From Vezdaea acicularis (lineage: Eukaryota), in assembly GCA_026025075.1 (NCBI GenBank), contig JAPEUI010000115.1:1-50171 (forward strand): a DNA stretch of 50,171 nt, in the 5' to 3' direction. How positions within the stretch are numbered: the stretch's first letter is position 1; each line of letters starts with the position of its first letter. The notes below the pieces were generated by a model. The model had not been told where the DNA came from. It saw nothing but the letters and a program-made list of their open reading frames with translations, and did no database searches. The position numbers were made by a program, and so were the translations under genes. Below are positions 23,285 through 34,456 of the stretch, one piece after another.

Positions 23285-23906
23285 CTTGAAAGTTGATTGC
23301 CCGAGGCACCCAATAAGTGCTTGCGAATGTTAGAGCGCCTAAGACCAGGATGAAGATATACCGAGTTAAAGATGACTGTGCACTGAGAAAATGAGGTTAA
23401 GGATGGGAGCTTCTGGTGAATGGGAAGCCAATAAATATGCTTTTGTCGGGGGCTGGTGTAGGCCGGGATAATGTGGTTGAGCTGGCCGGTAAGTACGGTA
23501 AGTACCGTAACGTCACACCCAGATCTGTGAGCTTCACCGGGGTTAGCTTAAAGACCTGCCTTAGCTCCTAACCCCCAATGCACCATTCAGTTGTGTAGGA
23601 CTACGCAGATTGAAGATAAGGTACTTCGAAAATAGTTACTGGGCTTTCCTTAAGCTCCCGATGATTATAGAGATGTAGAAGTCATCATATAAAATGGATG
23701 GAGAGATGGTTGCTCCGCGTAACTTCGCTTCGATGCTTCGGCTGAAACGTTACGCTCCGAAGTCTTATAGCAAGATTAGGGCGGCCAACCCTTTCAGTTA
23801 ATGTTATGCCTATGGCGTATGCCCGTTCTGAACAATCGATTTTATTGTCCAACATAACATCTCAAACTAGGCAATAGGTTTGGCCGATAGGTCTTGACCA
23901 GCCTCT

Positions 23907-24887
23907 ATGGGCGTTCAAGACTTCTTAGCGTTGCTAGGAGGAGAGGTAACGGATGCAGAAGAAGGTAAGGTAGCTATACGGTATATCTTGTTGAATCATC
24001 TAGATCTGCTAACTGACAACACCCGTTTTAGAAACATTCCTTCTCTTTTCCCAGGCTGCCTCGTCCCATGCCCTTGGCATCGTTGACCACAATGCGTCTA
24101 CTCTAGATGTAGAAGTGGGCACGCGGTCCTTCTCTATCCGCCAATCGCCCTCCGTCCTGTCATCATCTCGCAGCGGAGGAACTACTGGAGCCGGTAAAGC
24201 AAATAAGCTTCTTCCGTACTTTCCGGAATCCATGACTGATCTAGCTCGAAAGTCATCTGGAAGGTAACTCCCCTAATGGCAGCATGGCTGGCACTCCCTG
24301 AGAACCCGTTATTCAGCGCCAACGTCCTCAGCCGTGATTCAATATTGCTCGAACTTGGAACTGGCATATCTCCCCTTATTGCGTTGACTCTCTCCCCCAG
24401 GATCGGGCGATACATTGCCACAGACCAGGCTTACGTGCTGAAAATGCTTCGCGAGAATCTCTCAGTGAACTCGATGTCCCCAAAAGGTCATGGGAAGCTT
24501 AGCTCGGATTCTACAAACATCGAGATCAAGTTTCTTGACTGGGAACTTCATGCTATCACACCAGACCTACTCAGCTCAAGTCAACTTGAGTCACCCAATC
24601 ACCTAGCTGCGCTCGTAGCCTGTGACTGCATATACAACCCTTCACTAATACGACCCTTCGTGTCAACATGCGTTGACGCGTGCAGGCTATCTCTCGGACC
24701 TATTCCGACACTTTGTATCATTGCTCAACAGCTTCGTACGCCAGAAGTGTTAGAGTCATGGCTAGACGAGTTTATGAGGCATTTCAAAGTTTGGCGTATG
24801 CCCGACGAGCTGTTAACTGAAGCATTAAGAGACGGTAGCGGGTTTATCGTGCATGTTGGGGTCCTCAGAGATCATTCTAGCACTTAG
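23907..24887 (+). CDS. Seven-beta-strand protein lysine methyltransferase (Rkm5-like); two introns
   Basis: IRQSPSVLSSSRSGGTTGAVIW, LELGTG, ATDQ, LDWE, ACDCIYN motifs. Confidence 0.8.
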
Positions 24888-25350
24888 GACACAGTGATAT
24901 TATAATCCGAGCCAAGTCTGCAGAGTGCTCGTCGCACTACGAACATTATCGTCTGCGTTGTCAACGCTGTCAATAGTATCAGGCTTGCAGCTTTTTGAAC
25001 ACTTTGAACGAAGCATACGCCCCCACGATAATGTTAGGCGAATGTAGTTGGCTTCGTTAAGAGGCGAGGCTTGCATAAATGTAACCTCAAGCTTTCGGTT
25101 GTTTGTCAGCGCATATAAGCTTTCCCCAGCAGAGTAAAGAGCAATCCTTCTATGGTGATGCGTGCGAATGTTGGAAATATGACCCGCAACCTGAAGCAAT
25201 GCTCCCCGCTATGCCATGACCACCACTGCAGCTACCAGATATGCAAATAGAGCCCAAGCAAATACGCCTGTCGTTATGCTGATAGCAATGCAGTCAAGCA
25301 CTCGTATATCGTCAAGATCGAGTACGACCCCAGCTAAACTCCGGGTCGAG

Positions 25351-26979
25351 CTATCTCCTTGCATGAAGAACACTATTCCCGCCTCTCTTCATCTCATCTA
25401 GCACTTGCTCCACCCCCTCTATCTTCCTCCTGATCGTCTCCTCCCTCTGAGCGACTTCCTTCTCAAACGCCTCAGATACTTTCCGTCTCTCCTTTCTCGC
25501 TTCCCGCATTTTATCTACGACTCCTGAGAACTGCTCAAGGAACCAATCTCCACTCTCTTCCCATTGTGCGGTGGAGATGGAGGAACAGAAAGCAGCTTGT
25601 TGATCGGGGGGAAGATTGAGAGCGAAAGCCAGCTGAGACGAGAAGGGTTTCCCGAGCTCCGGTTGAGGAAGGACAGATGGGATTGACTTTGGGTTATAGT
25701 CGAACTGTTGGTGGAGAAGGTCGCCATAGGGCATACGATGAAGCTGTGAAGCGTCGTAGTCGGTCGAAACGTAAGGGAGACCGTAGTCTTGCTTCGGTAT
25801 CCGGTTAATTCTTCCAGCTTTCGATAGTTTAGGGGTTCGTTCGACATCAAATGTCTCGTTGTCCCCTTCACTACTTGGCTCAGTTAGATCGAAAATACTA
25901 CTATGCTTGTTGGAGGGCTTATCATCGTCATAAGCCCCTTTTAAGGCCTTAGGCCCAGCTACAGGCATGTTCTCGTCCCGCTCCTTCCGTATTTCCGAGC
26001 TGTTAGATTCGCAAGAAGAGCTTAGGGTTTCTCCATCGAGCGCTCGATTCTTGCTGAGCTTTTTTCTGGGTGGGCTCGGGGGGATGCTCTGCAGCCCATC
26101 ATCTCGGATGATGGGATTTCCCTGAGACATTGCAGGCTGTGAAGAGGCTCTGGCTATAGAATCCTTGTGCGCCTTGAGCCTCTCCGGCACATGCATCTGT
26201 TGATAAAGTGAAGAGGAAGCTCTTGCTTCGTGGAATACAAAGTTGGTACTCTCGCCTGCCATTGCTTTTCGATTGGTAGGATATTGACGCTCATTGATGC
26301 CACCATCACCCATGACATTGGGTATGACATTATCAAGCCTTTCCAAACGATCTTCTTCTCGGTGGTACTCCTCTTCGGATTCGTCACAACGATATGACGG
26401 ACTTCGAGGCTCTTCTCCGCCCTGTGATTGAGGTTCATCCTCTTCAGCATCTTCTAGGACGTATGCGCGTCCTTGCGAATCAATTTTCACATCCTTTGGG
26501 TCATATACTAATCGCCCTAGCTGATCAGTGGAAGACGGCGCAGGAGGAAGCTCGGGCTCCTCCAAAGCTAGGTCGAAAGGCATGCCGTTCAAAGAGGTTT
26601 GGCTGATTCTAGCTTCGCTAAGAGTAGTCGTATCATCAAAATTATCTACATCTGTATCGAAGCCATCATGCTTGCTTTGCGGTCCATCGTCATTGTGAAC
26701 ATGTTCTCTCTTCACCTCGCGGACCTGAGACCTTGAGTATGCCCCCCTTTTGTATGATCCATAGACCTCAGACTCCAATTGGGGGCTCCGCTGAATCCTG
26801 AATGGGGGCTGGGCAATACGAATCTCCTCTGCCAATGCGCGACGGTCTGGAGCTGCTTTCTGGTAGGAGGTTGATGTGCCTGGGAGATTTGCAAGCCTCT
26901 GGATTGAGCCTTTCTGCTTAGAGCTTACAAAAGTATGCACCTGGTGTGACCTCGAATGGACCCCCATCCGACCCTCCAT
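25351..26979 (-). CDS. Largely disordered protein with a C-terminal Ecm11-like coiled-coil domain (start uncertain)
   Basis: 542-codon ORF; C-terminal DY..L..M.Y.DL..Q.FD.NP and QWEESGDWFLEQF..KMREARKERR resemble the ECM11 domain from memory. Confidence 0.7.
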   Translation of the reverse strand: MEGRMGVHSRSHQVHTFVSSKQKGSIQRLANLPGTSTSYQKAAPDRRALAEEIRIAQPPFRIQRSPQLESEVYGSYKRGAYSRSQVREVKREHVHNDDGPQSKHDGFDTDVDNFDDTTTLSEARISQTSLNGMPFDLALEEPELPPAPSSTDQLGRLVYDPKDVKIDSQGRAYVLEDAEEDEPQSQGGEEPRSPSYRCDESEEEYHREEDRLERLDNVIPNVMGDGGINERQYPTNRKAMAGESTNFVFHEARASSSLYQQMHVPERLKAHKDSIARASSQPAMSQGNPIIRDDGLQSIPPSPPRKKLSKNRALDGETLSSSCESNSSEIRKERDENMPVAGPKALKGAYDDDKPSNKHSSIFDLTEPSSEGDNETFDVERTPKLSKAGRINRIPKQDYGLPYVSTDYDASQLHRMPYGDLLHQQFDYNPKSIPSVLPQPELGKPFSSQLAFALNLPPDQQAAFCSSISTAQWEESGDWFLEQFSGVVDKMREARKERRKVSEAFEKEVAQREETIRRKIEGVEQVLDEMKRGGNSVLHARR

Positions 26980-27468
26980 ATAATTAGCAAAGTGCTAAAA
27001 GAATTATTCCAATGAGATCATGAAACGGTTGCATTAGAGATCTGTGTAGACGTCTCGTCAACACTACCGTCGCGTCGGCTAGAGATTCTCCAAGCGGGGT
27101 GACGCGACTCAACGTCGGTGAAAATCGAGGTCGGAAAGTTCCTCCCTGGTACGTGTACTTCCCACCTAGCCAACCCGCAAAGAAAAAGACTGCACAAAGT
27201 CATCACAATTATAATTCTTCAAAATTTGATGCAGAATACGGTGCATTCAAACATTGAGTATCTCCGAGCCAAGTTCAATGCAGTATAGAAGGTCGCTCAT
27301 CTCGTTGATATTTACAAGCAAAATCTATAGCCCTTAAGACCCAGTTCTAGCTCCTTGATTGCCTTCTTTGAAGATGTACGCCATTTTTAAAACACCTCTG
27401 TGCATCTCATTGAAAACATGGCTTTCATGTCTCATAACGCAATCATCTTTGTCCACATGAAGGTACTA

Positions 27469-29315
27469 TCATCCAGAGTGTAGAACATCTCCATCAAGGT
27501 CTCTGTCCTTCCTTTTGCACACCTCTCGCGGTCCTCGGGCCCCCAGATTTACCGCCGAGATACAAGCTGTGAAAAAGCAGAAGATCGCTAAAATATTTTA
27601 TCATAAACCGGTTGAACGCCAAGATGGCTTGGACGTGACACAGAAATTGACTCACCAAAGAAGGAACTCATCTCTAGGTATCCTATGTGATCTACCATCA
27701 ATCCTGCGACTTCCGGGCCGATCAAGGTACCTAGCGTGAACGTCATACTTCCCAGAGAATAAAGGCGGGAATAACCACCATTTGGTCCGAAAATTCCGGG
27801 TTGCTGAGCCTCGATTTCTTCGATTACCAGAGTACTTTCGACCGTCCCCGAAGTAGTAACGAGATTGACGACACTGCCGATGATCGCCATGCAGACCGCG
27901 TACATTATTTTACCATTTTTATCCTGGGCCCAAGGGAACCTTGAATCACCAGGGATGCCACACAGAAACATGAAAACACCAAGTAGCAGGAAACCCATCG
28001 TAGTAGGCCATCTCACACCCACGCGGTCTCGTAGGATACCCGCCAAAGGACTGCAAATAATACTCGGCGCCTCCAAAGCTAGAAACATTAATCCCGAAGG
28101 AAAGGAACCCCAGCCAAACACCGCCCGCACATGAAGCGGAAGGGTTGCCTCAAAGGATGCAAAAAGCATACTGTAGGTCAAGGTAACTAAGGTGGCCGCG
28201 AGAAACCGACGTTGGCGAAATAACAAAGCGAAATAGCCAACTGTCGATACCTCTTCGACCGAAAATGCTCGAGAGGTTGGCCTTTTGAGATTTTGAGGAG
28301 AGAGCAGCGGAGTGTTCTCTGTATTATTCCTGCGATCATTCAGCACAATAGGGACCTGGATGTTTGTTGGAGTTGGTTGCTGACATGAAGGAAGCTTCAT
28401 TGAGAGCATTAGAGACTAATGGAGCTTGGTGGGAGCCATTCTCGCCCGGACTCTCATCGATAGAATCTTCGGGAAGATCGTCAGAGCCCACTGCTGTCGT
28501 ATCCGAGGGAACGAGGCTAGACCTGCGCGGTTTCTCCAGCATCAAGCATCGCATGATGATGTCCAGAACCAGCTACTTTCCCTTAGTGCACCTGCTTGAA
28601 ATAGAGGGCCGAGACATACCACAGCCATCGCTACAGACCAAGTGCTCCAGTACCCGACGATTGGTAGCAATGTCCCACTCACGAGGGGTCCAGTGAAGGC
28701 GCCAGCATTCATGAAAGGAGTAAGCATTCCTAACGCAGTGCCCAGATATTCAGATCCAACCGTATCGGCGATAGTTGCATATCCAACAACCCAAATGACG
28801 GTTGCTGAAAGCCCTTGGATAATGCGAGCAACATAGAGTAGCCATACTGAACCCCTTGTAAGCCATATCAATACACCATTGCGCAATAGAATGAACGAGG
28901 TTCACATTGGCGGCTCCAGGCGAGCAGAGCTGTACTTGCGAGAGCGGCACCCAATCCCATTAGAAGTGGACCCTTCCGTCGCGGAAACTTATCTGCAACA
29001 ATACCCACTAGGGGGCTTGAAACTATCTGAATCGCAGCGAAGACAGCAAGAAGATTCGAGGTGGTAGCTTGTGTATCTGAAGGGTCGATCTTCATGCGGT
29101 CTTCGAGCATATATGGCATTATAGGAACAATGAAGCCGTAAAGAAATAAATCTGACCATAGTCAATATATCATGGACTGCTTTCCGAGAGCTTAACTTGA
29201 CAAAAGGCTCACCCGCGAAAAGAGCGATTGTAATAGAGGACAGAACGAATGCCGTAGATGCTCGCCATGACTGCAGATGTCTAGAGACGCCGCCTAAACA
29301 ATATACAAGAGACAT
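27469..29315 (-). CDS. MFS transporter (amine/drug:H+ antiporter-like); about five exons
   Basis: DLFLYGFIVPIMPY, GIVADKFPRRK, ARIIQGLS, GILRDRVG and many hydrophobic helices; last exon spliced to the stop at 27469. Confidence 0.85.
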
Positions 29316-29512
29316 GAGATAGAACGTAAAATGGTTTCAACAGTTTGAAACTTAGAAAACAAAGTGGAGCTACATTGAATTTGGTGGGCGGGGCTAAGTC
29401 AAGCAAAGCCCGAAAAGCAAAGATAAATTTAGTCATCAAGACCTCCGAGAGCTCGGTACAAGTTCCCGCAAGGAACTAACTTCATCAAACCACAAAGTGT
29501 AATCGCATCACA

Positions 29513-29971
29513 ATGGGAAGCGGGTAGGTGGATGAGAATTTTTCTATTCTCTCTCTTCAATAGTTCATACACTTGCTAACATGCTTTCGTTTGCAGGTGG
29601 GACATCGTCATCGGCTTCGCCATTGTTGCCATTCTATCGGCAGCTGCATGGTTCTTCGCACCGAAGGGAGAAAACCAAACGTACGCGCCCCTCGGCATTC
29701 CCGCCTATCTTCTTGTTCAGAGCCCTAGTTGTGGACTTGATCAAGCTGACTTGCTCTATAGTGTCTGGCGGTCTTCTTTAATCCTTTCCTTCACAAGCAT
29801 GTGGCTTATGTGGGGTACGTCATCTCCTTGGCCTCGAATACACCTCTACTAGACGAGCTCTACCTTTTAAGTTGCATGGTTGTTAACAAAGCTATAGCTA
29901 TAACATATCTGGCGCAATTACATCCCCTTATCACACCACGAAGGGCCAATCTAAGGCCGGGCTACTTGTAG
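29513..29971 (+). CDS. VMA9: V-ATPase V0 subunit e, 73 aa; exons 29513-29523, 29597-29680, 29762-29814, 29898-29971
   Basis: Hand-spliced MGSGWDIVIGFAIVAILSAAAWFFAPKGENQTVWRSSLILSFTSMWLMWAITYLAQLHPLITPRRANLRPGYL; the PKG.NQ and WLMWAITYLAQLHPLI motifs are diagnostic. Confidence 0.93.
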
Positions 29972-30193
29972 TAGGATACAGTTGTGCAGGATAGGAGGTG
30001 ACGGGCAGCATGTACGCATATAAATAGGCAGAGTGCGAACTTTTGTTGCATCGAACAGCGTCCGCCAAGCTTGCGACAAGTATTTCCATGTACAGTATAC
30101 CAATGGCGTCAGTTCAAATTTTCAGTCTATGAGATACGCTTGAAGTTGCGGGAATTGAGTGCTATCAAGGTCAAGTAAACTCTAGTGGAACGT

Positions 30194-31102
30194 CTAACCA
30201 GGGCCTAATATTTGTGACCAGTCGAACCATCCCATAAGATCCTTTGTTCCAAGGCCAAGGGCTGCAAGTCCGCTACCTTCATCTAGTCCCACAGCCCTCA
30301 ATATTGCCCAACCAGAAGCTATCCGGACTAAGGCGCCTGCGCCTGCGACGAAAGCCGCCATGCCATACCCACAATCTAGCAAGATCCTTAAAGCCTCTAT
30401 ATTGTTGACAACCACCGCCCACCCTACACTCTTAGCAGCAGCAGGAACGTCGTAGTCCCAGATGACCATCAAGATCGGGAAAAGCTTAGTGCAACTACTA
30501 ACAAGGAGCGCTGTAGAGACACTATTCGGTCGATGATATGATAGCAAAGTCCGTGTAAGTAGGCGGACTGTGAGATGGAACAAGAGCGACTCGGTCAAGC
30601 ACAGGAAAAGAAAGAATAGGTATTGAAGGACTATAGGCTGATGGCTGAGAGGGCTTGCGGGAGATGATACCTTCTCGATGCGTGCCCAAGTGAGGTAGAC
30701 ATCGAAAAGAAGGAGGAGTATTCCAAAGCGGATTATAGAAGGCTAAATAGGGCTTAGTATGACCACTCATTGCATATTTTGGGTGCCTGTACATCAAACT
30801 TATCATCCTCCCGCCCAAGTCGGTTGAAAAGCAGATGACGGTAGACCTATTTATTGGGTCAGCCCCGTCAACAGTTTGCTTAAAATCGTGTCTCGGGTCT
30901 TGCTACTTACTTGGGGTTTAATTAAGACCAGATCTATGAACAAGACGACGAAATCATGCTCGACATACTTGTCGGCGAAGCGCTTGCACGATGGGCATTG
31001 CGTTAGACGCACTCCCTTTCCGAGAGTCCGATCGTCTGCAGCCTTATATGTAGTATAGAGCTGGTTGACTGGGTTGCAGCATTCTATGCAAATTTTGCCC
31101 AT
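30194..31102 (-). CDS. ARV1: Arv1 ER sterol/GPI homeostasis protein; two introns
   Basis: CIEC..LTQCPSCKRFADKYVEHDFVVLFIDLVLIKPQVYRHLLFN zinc-binding Arv1 homology domain followed by TM segments. Confidence 0.93.
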
Positions 31103-31613
31103 TCCAAGCTCGAAGCAATACTACAGAGTTGCGTGCCTTGCTAGCGTTCGGGGTTCTTGGAGACCGATTTGCGACTCGGAAGACGGATTAGTTGCGCAGC
31201 GCAGCGTTGTGTACATCTATGTAAACGGAAGAATTATGCGTCTAAAAGCTCACAATTGAAAATTGAAATGTTGTTCTAGGGTTTTGATTTTTTTCTATTT
31301 TTGGGAATTTTCTGTAGTCTGGTCACTGGGCAATTGAGAGTCTGACGTCTCGAAAACTGATCTGGGGGTTTTCTCGCCGAGAAATAAATCCAGACCCTCT
31401 ATCTTGCGCTTCCGCGTCATCCTCTTTCTCCGTTCCTTTGGCCCCTTACCTTTATCACGACATCCTCGAACGATCACGCTCCTTACCTAGATAGTCCGAA
31501 CACTACCGTCGACCTTTGTAATCCCACTTCATCCTATTTACTCTGACCCTTTAAATCCGAGCTTCTACCGCCGCAGAGTAAGGAGAGGCCAGTCAGACAT
31601 AGCAAGTACTAAA

Positions 31614-32367
31614 ATGGCAACTCCTCAGGCAAACAAGCGAGTAAGTATATCTAATTACGCTATACGGAACGGACTGACAATCTTAGCTTGCCCGCGAATA
31701 TAAGACAATCTCTGAGAACCCCCCTCCGTATATTGTCGCGCATCCCTCGGAGAATAATATCCTGGAGTAAGGGCTTTTCACACATCTTCACCCACATATG
31801 ACTAAGGCGAATAGATGGCATTACATACTCACCGGTCCTCCCGACACGCCTTACACTGGTGGACAGTATTGGGGCACCCTGATGTTCCCTCCCGACTACC
31901 CCTTCGCCCCCCCAGCAATTCGAATGTTCACACCCTCAGGGCGTTTCCAACCCTCATCCCGCCTCTGCCTCTCTATCTCAGACTTCCATCCCAAATCATT
32001 CAACCCTGCTTGGGAAGTGTCAACAATCTTGATAGGCCTCATGTCCTTCATGACGAGCGAAGAGATGACGACTGGGAGCGTCAGCGCAACGTCAGAAGAG
32101 CGGAAATGGGCGGCGCAAAAGTCACGGTCCTGGAACTCTACGAACGCCAAGTTCCGAGCAGAATGGCCAGAGCTAGACGAGGAGAACAAGAAGCTGGGTG
32201 CCTTGACGACAAAGAGAAGACCTGTTGCGCGGATAGTGGAGGAGACCCAGGCTGCAAGAGATGTGGGGCAGAGCTGGATGAGGAGACACCGCTGGCTCGT
32301 AGCGGCAATCTCGGTGTTTGGATACGTACTCATTGCTAGATTTCTTCGAGATGGCGGCGAGCTTTGA
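31614..32367 (+). CDS. UBC6: ER tail-anchored E2 ubiquitin-conjugating enzyme; introns 31641-31687, 31767-31814
   Basis: GPPDTPYTGGQYWG, TPSGRF, RLCLSISDFHP.SFNPAW and a C-terminal TM helix. Confidence 0.95.
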
Positions 32368-32804
32368 TCTGTACAGTTTGAGAGGCGTTCGAGGATAGGC
32401 TTCTGGGGTGACACGGCATTTGCAGGCGTTGCATGGACTGCGAACTCGTATAGATCTGATTACTGCGGTTTAGATAGGGAATCTCGTACAATATACCTTT
32501 CCATATTGATTTTTGAGTTCATGTCGTTGAAGCCGGTGTACGAAGTATAAAGTGACAATATTACGACGGGCATACGTGATTAGTCTGCAACCCATCCCGA
32601 AGTTTTCGCGAACCTCGGCCCAAGAGTCCAGGTGGATACAACTCTCTCCCACATCATGCTAACACCGTATATCACCCAGCACAACCCTTCCTAAAAGATG
32701 TTAATACTCCCAAAAAAGTCCCAACGCCATCTATAATACTGAAGACGCCCCCAACCCCGAAACATCCCCCAATCGTACTCTACGACACGCCCCCCACCCC
32801 AGCC

Positions 32805-33335
32805 ATGCCCACCTCCAAAGTCTCCATCCCCCTCAGCACCAGCGACCCCTTCCAACGCATCCAAGCCTTCCTAACCGCCATGATCGCCGACCCCTCCTAT
32901 GCCGGCTGGGACGCCTCTCTCTTCCGGCAGCACCTGCGCCTCAAATCCGTCTCCCTCCCTTCCTCCTCCCCCTCCAGTTCCTCAACGCAATACCCCACCG
33001 CCATTTTCCAGCTCACCGTAACCCGGCCGCTCACAAACCGCATGAATAATCTGCATGGCGGCTGCATAGCGACGCTCTTCGATATCTGTACGACTTCGGC
33101 GCTGGCGCTTGTGGCGGAGGAGGGCAATGGCTGGGAGTTTGCGGGCGTGAGTCGCAGTTTGAATTGTACGTATTTAAGAGGGGTGGGCGAGGGGGAGGAG
33201 GTTGAGGTACGCGCGATGGTTGTGGGGTTGGGCAGGAGGTTGTGTCAGTTACGCGGGGAGATCTGGTCGAAGGGGAGGCTGTGCTGTGTGGGAGAGCATG
33301 GGAAGGTGTCGATTGATCCCACGGGGAAGTTATAG
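32805..33335 (+). CDS. Hotdog-fold acyl-CoA thioesterase (PaaI/ACOT13-like)
   Basis: NRMNNLHGGCIATLFD, GVSRSLNCTYL, GEHGK. Confidence 0.9.
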   Translation: MPTSKVSIPLSTSDPFQRIQAFLTAMIADPSYAGWDASLFRQHLRLKSVSLPSSSPSSSSTQYPTAIFQLTVTRPLTNRMNNLHGGCIATLFDICTTSALALVAEEGNGWEFAGVSRSLNCTYLRGVGEGEEVEVRAMVVGLGRRLCQLRGEIWSKGRLCCVGEHGKVSIDPTGKL

Positions 33336-33472
33336 ACGTGAAGGAATGGACAGATTTGAGTATAGACAAGCTGAGATGGGAAAGGGTTTTGGATAGGTCG
33401 TTTTTGGGAGCGGGCATTTTGGATATCTGCATGCAATCCGGTTGTATATATGCATCAAATCATGACCATCCC

Positions 33473-34456
33473 CTATTCATCCATCTCCCACTGCACCTCC
33501 AACTCCCTTCTCCCTCTAGCCCTCTCCCTCGCAGCAAACCACTTCTTCTCGAATCCATTTCCCCTGTCCACTCCATCCCACCTGTACCCAGGCCTGATTC
33601 CGTACCTATTCGGATCCCCTCCGGGCCCCGAGTAAAGTGGCTTCCCTGACACGCTCTTCCCAGCTTTCCTCTCCTTGATGAACCCGGCGGCCGGATCATC
33701 CCACCTCTGCTTCGCCTTCAACTCCCTATTCATCTCCTCATCGTCCCTTGTCCGTGCAAATGGCATCAGCTTGGCCTCCTTCAGCTCCTCCTTCCGGGCC
33801 TGCGCAGCCGCCAACTGTGCCGGAGCCTGCATGGCTTTCTCTTTCTCCCTCTTTGCCCTTTCTTCCGCTTCTGCCGCCGCCCTAGCCTCTGCCCTCTTCA
33901 TGGCAACATTTACAATCCGCCCAGATGCATCGCGGTAGATGGTCTCCTGCCCGCGCCCCTTCTGCGCCAGCGCGTCAGCTTCGAAGCGCCTCCGCTCCTC
34001 TTTTTGCCGTTTTGCCAACGCCGCTGTTACGGAGGCAGCAGACTGCAGCCCAGCGGCGGCGCCACTTTCCATCCGCGGTGTGTCGCCATTGTCGTCGACG
34101 AACGTCGCGTCGTCGTCTTCGGCTGCGCGTTGGGCGCTCTCGAGGCCCGCGGCGGCTATGATGGCATCGGCTTCTGCTTGCTCGGAGCTGGAGGGAGCGG
34201 CCGCGCCGACGGTCTTCCAGGCGTTTTTCTTGGAACGCCGGAACTCGGCGGAGCGGGAGCTGATGGTCAAGGGGCTGTCATTGTCGGCGTCTTCAGGGTT
34301 CCTGGAGCTGCTGTCCCAGCCAAGGGCGTCGTCGTCGGCGATGATGAGGCCGCTGCTGTCGCCGGTTGGGGTGGGGTGGGAACGCTTCTTCTTCTTCTTG
34401 GGAGGGGGGGCGTCGGCCGTGAGGTAGTTCTTGGCAAGGTATGCGGAGAGGGACAT
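33473..34456 (-). CDS. BUD13: RES complex splicing factor Bud13/Cwc26, intronless
   Basis: YLAKNYL, ETIYRDASGR, RWDDPA, NRYGIRPGYRWDGVDRGNGFE. Confidence 0.95.
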   Translation of the reverse strand: MSLSAYLAKNYLTADAPPPKKKKKRSHPTPTGDSSGLIIADDDALGWDSSSRNPEDADNDSPLTISSRSAEFRRSKKNAWKTVGAAAPSSSEQAEADAIIAAAGLESAQRAAEDDDATFVDDNGDTPRMESGAAAGLQSAASVTAALAKRQKEERRRFEADALAQKGRGQETIYRDASGRIVNVAMKRAEARAAAEAEERAKREKEKAMQAPAQLAAAQARKEELKEAKLMPFARTRDDEEMNRELKAKQRWDDPAAGFIKERKAGKSVSGKPLYSGPGGDPNRYGIRPGYRWDGVDRGNGFEKKWFAARERARGRRELEVQWEMDE

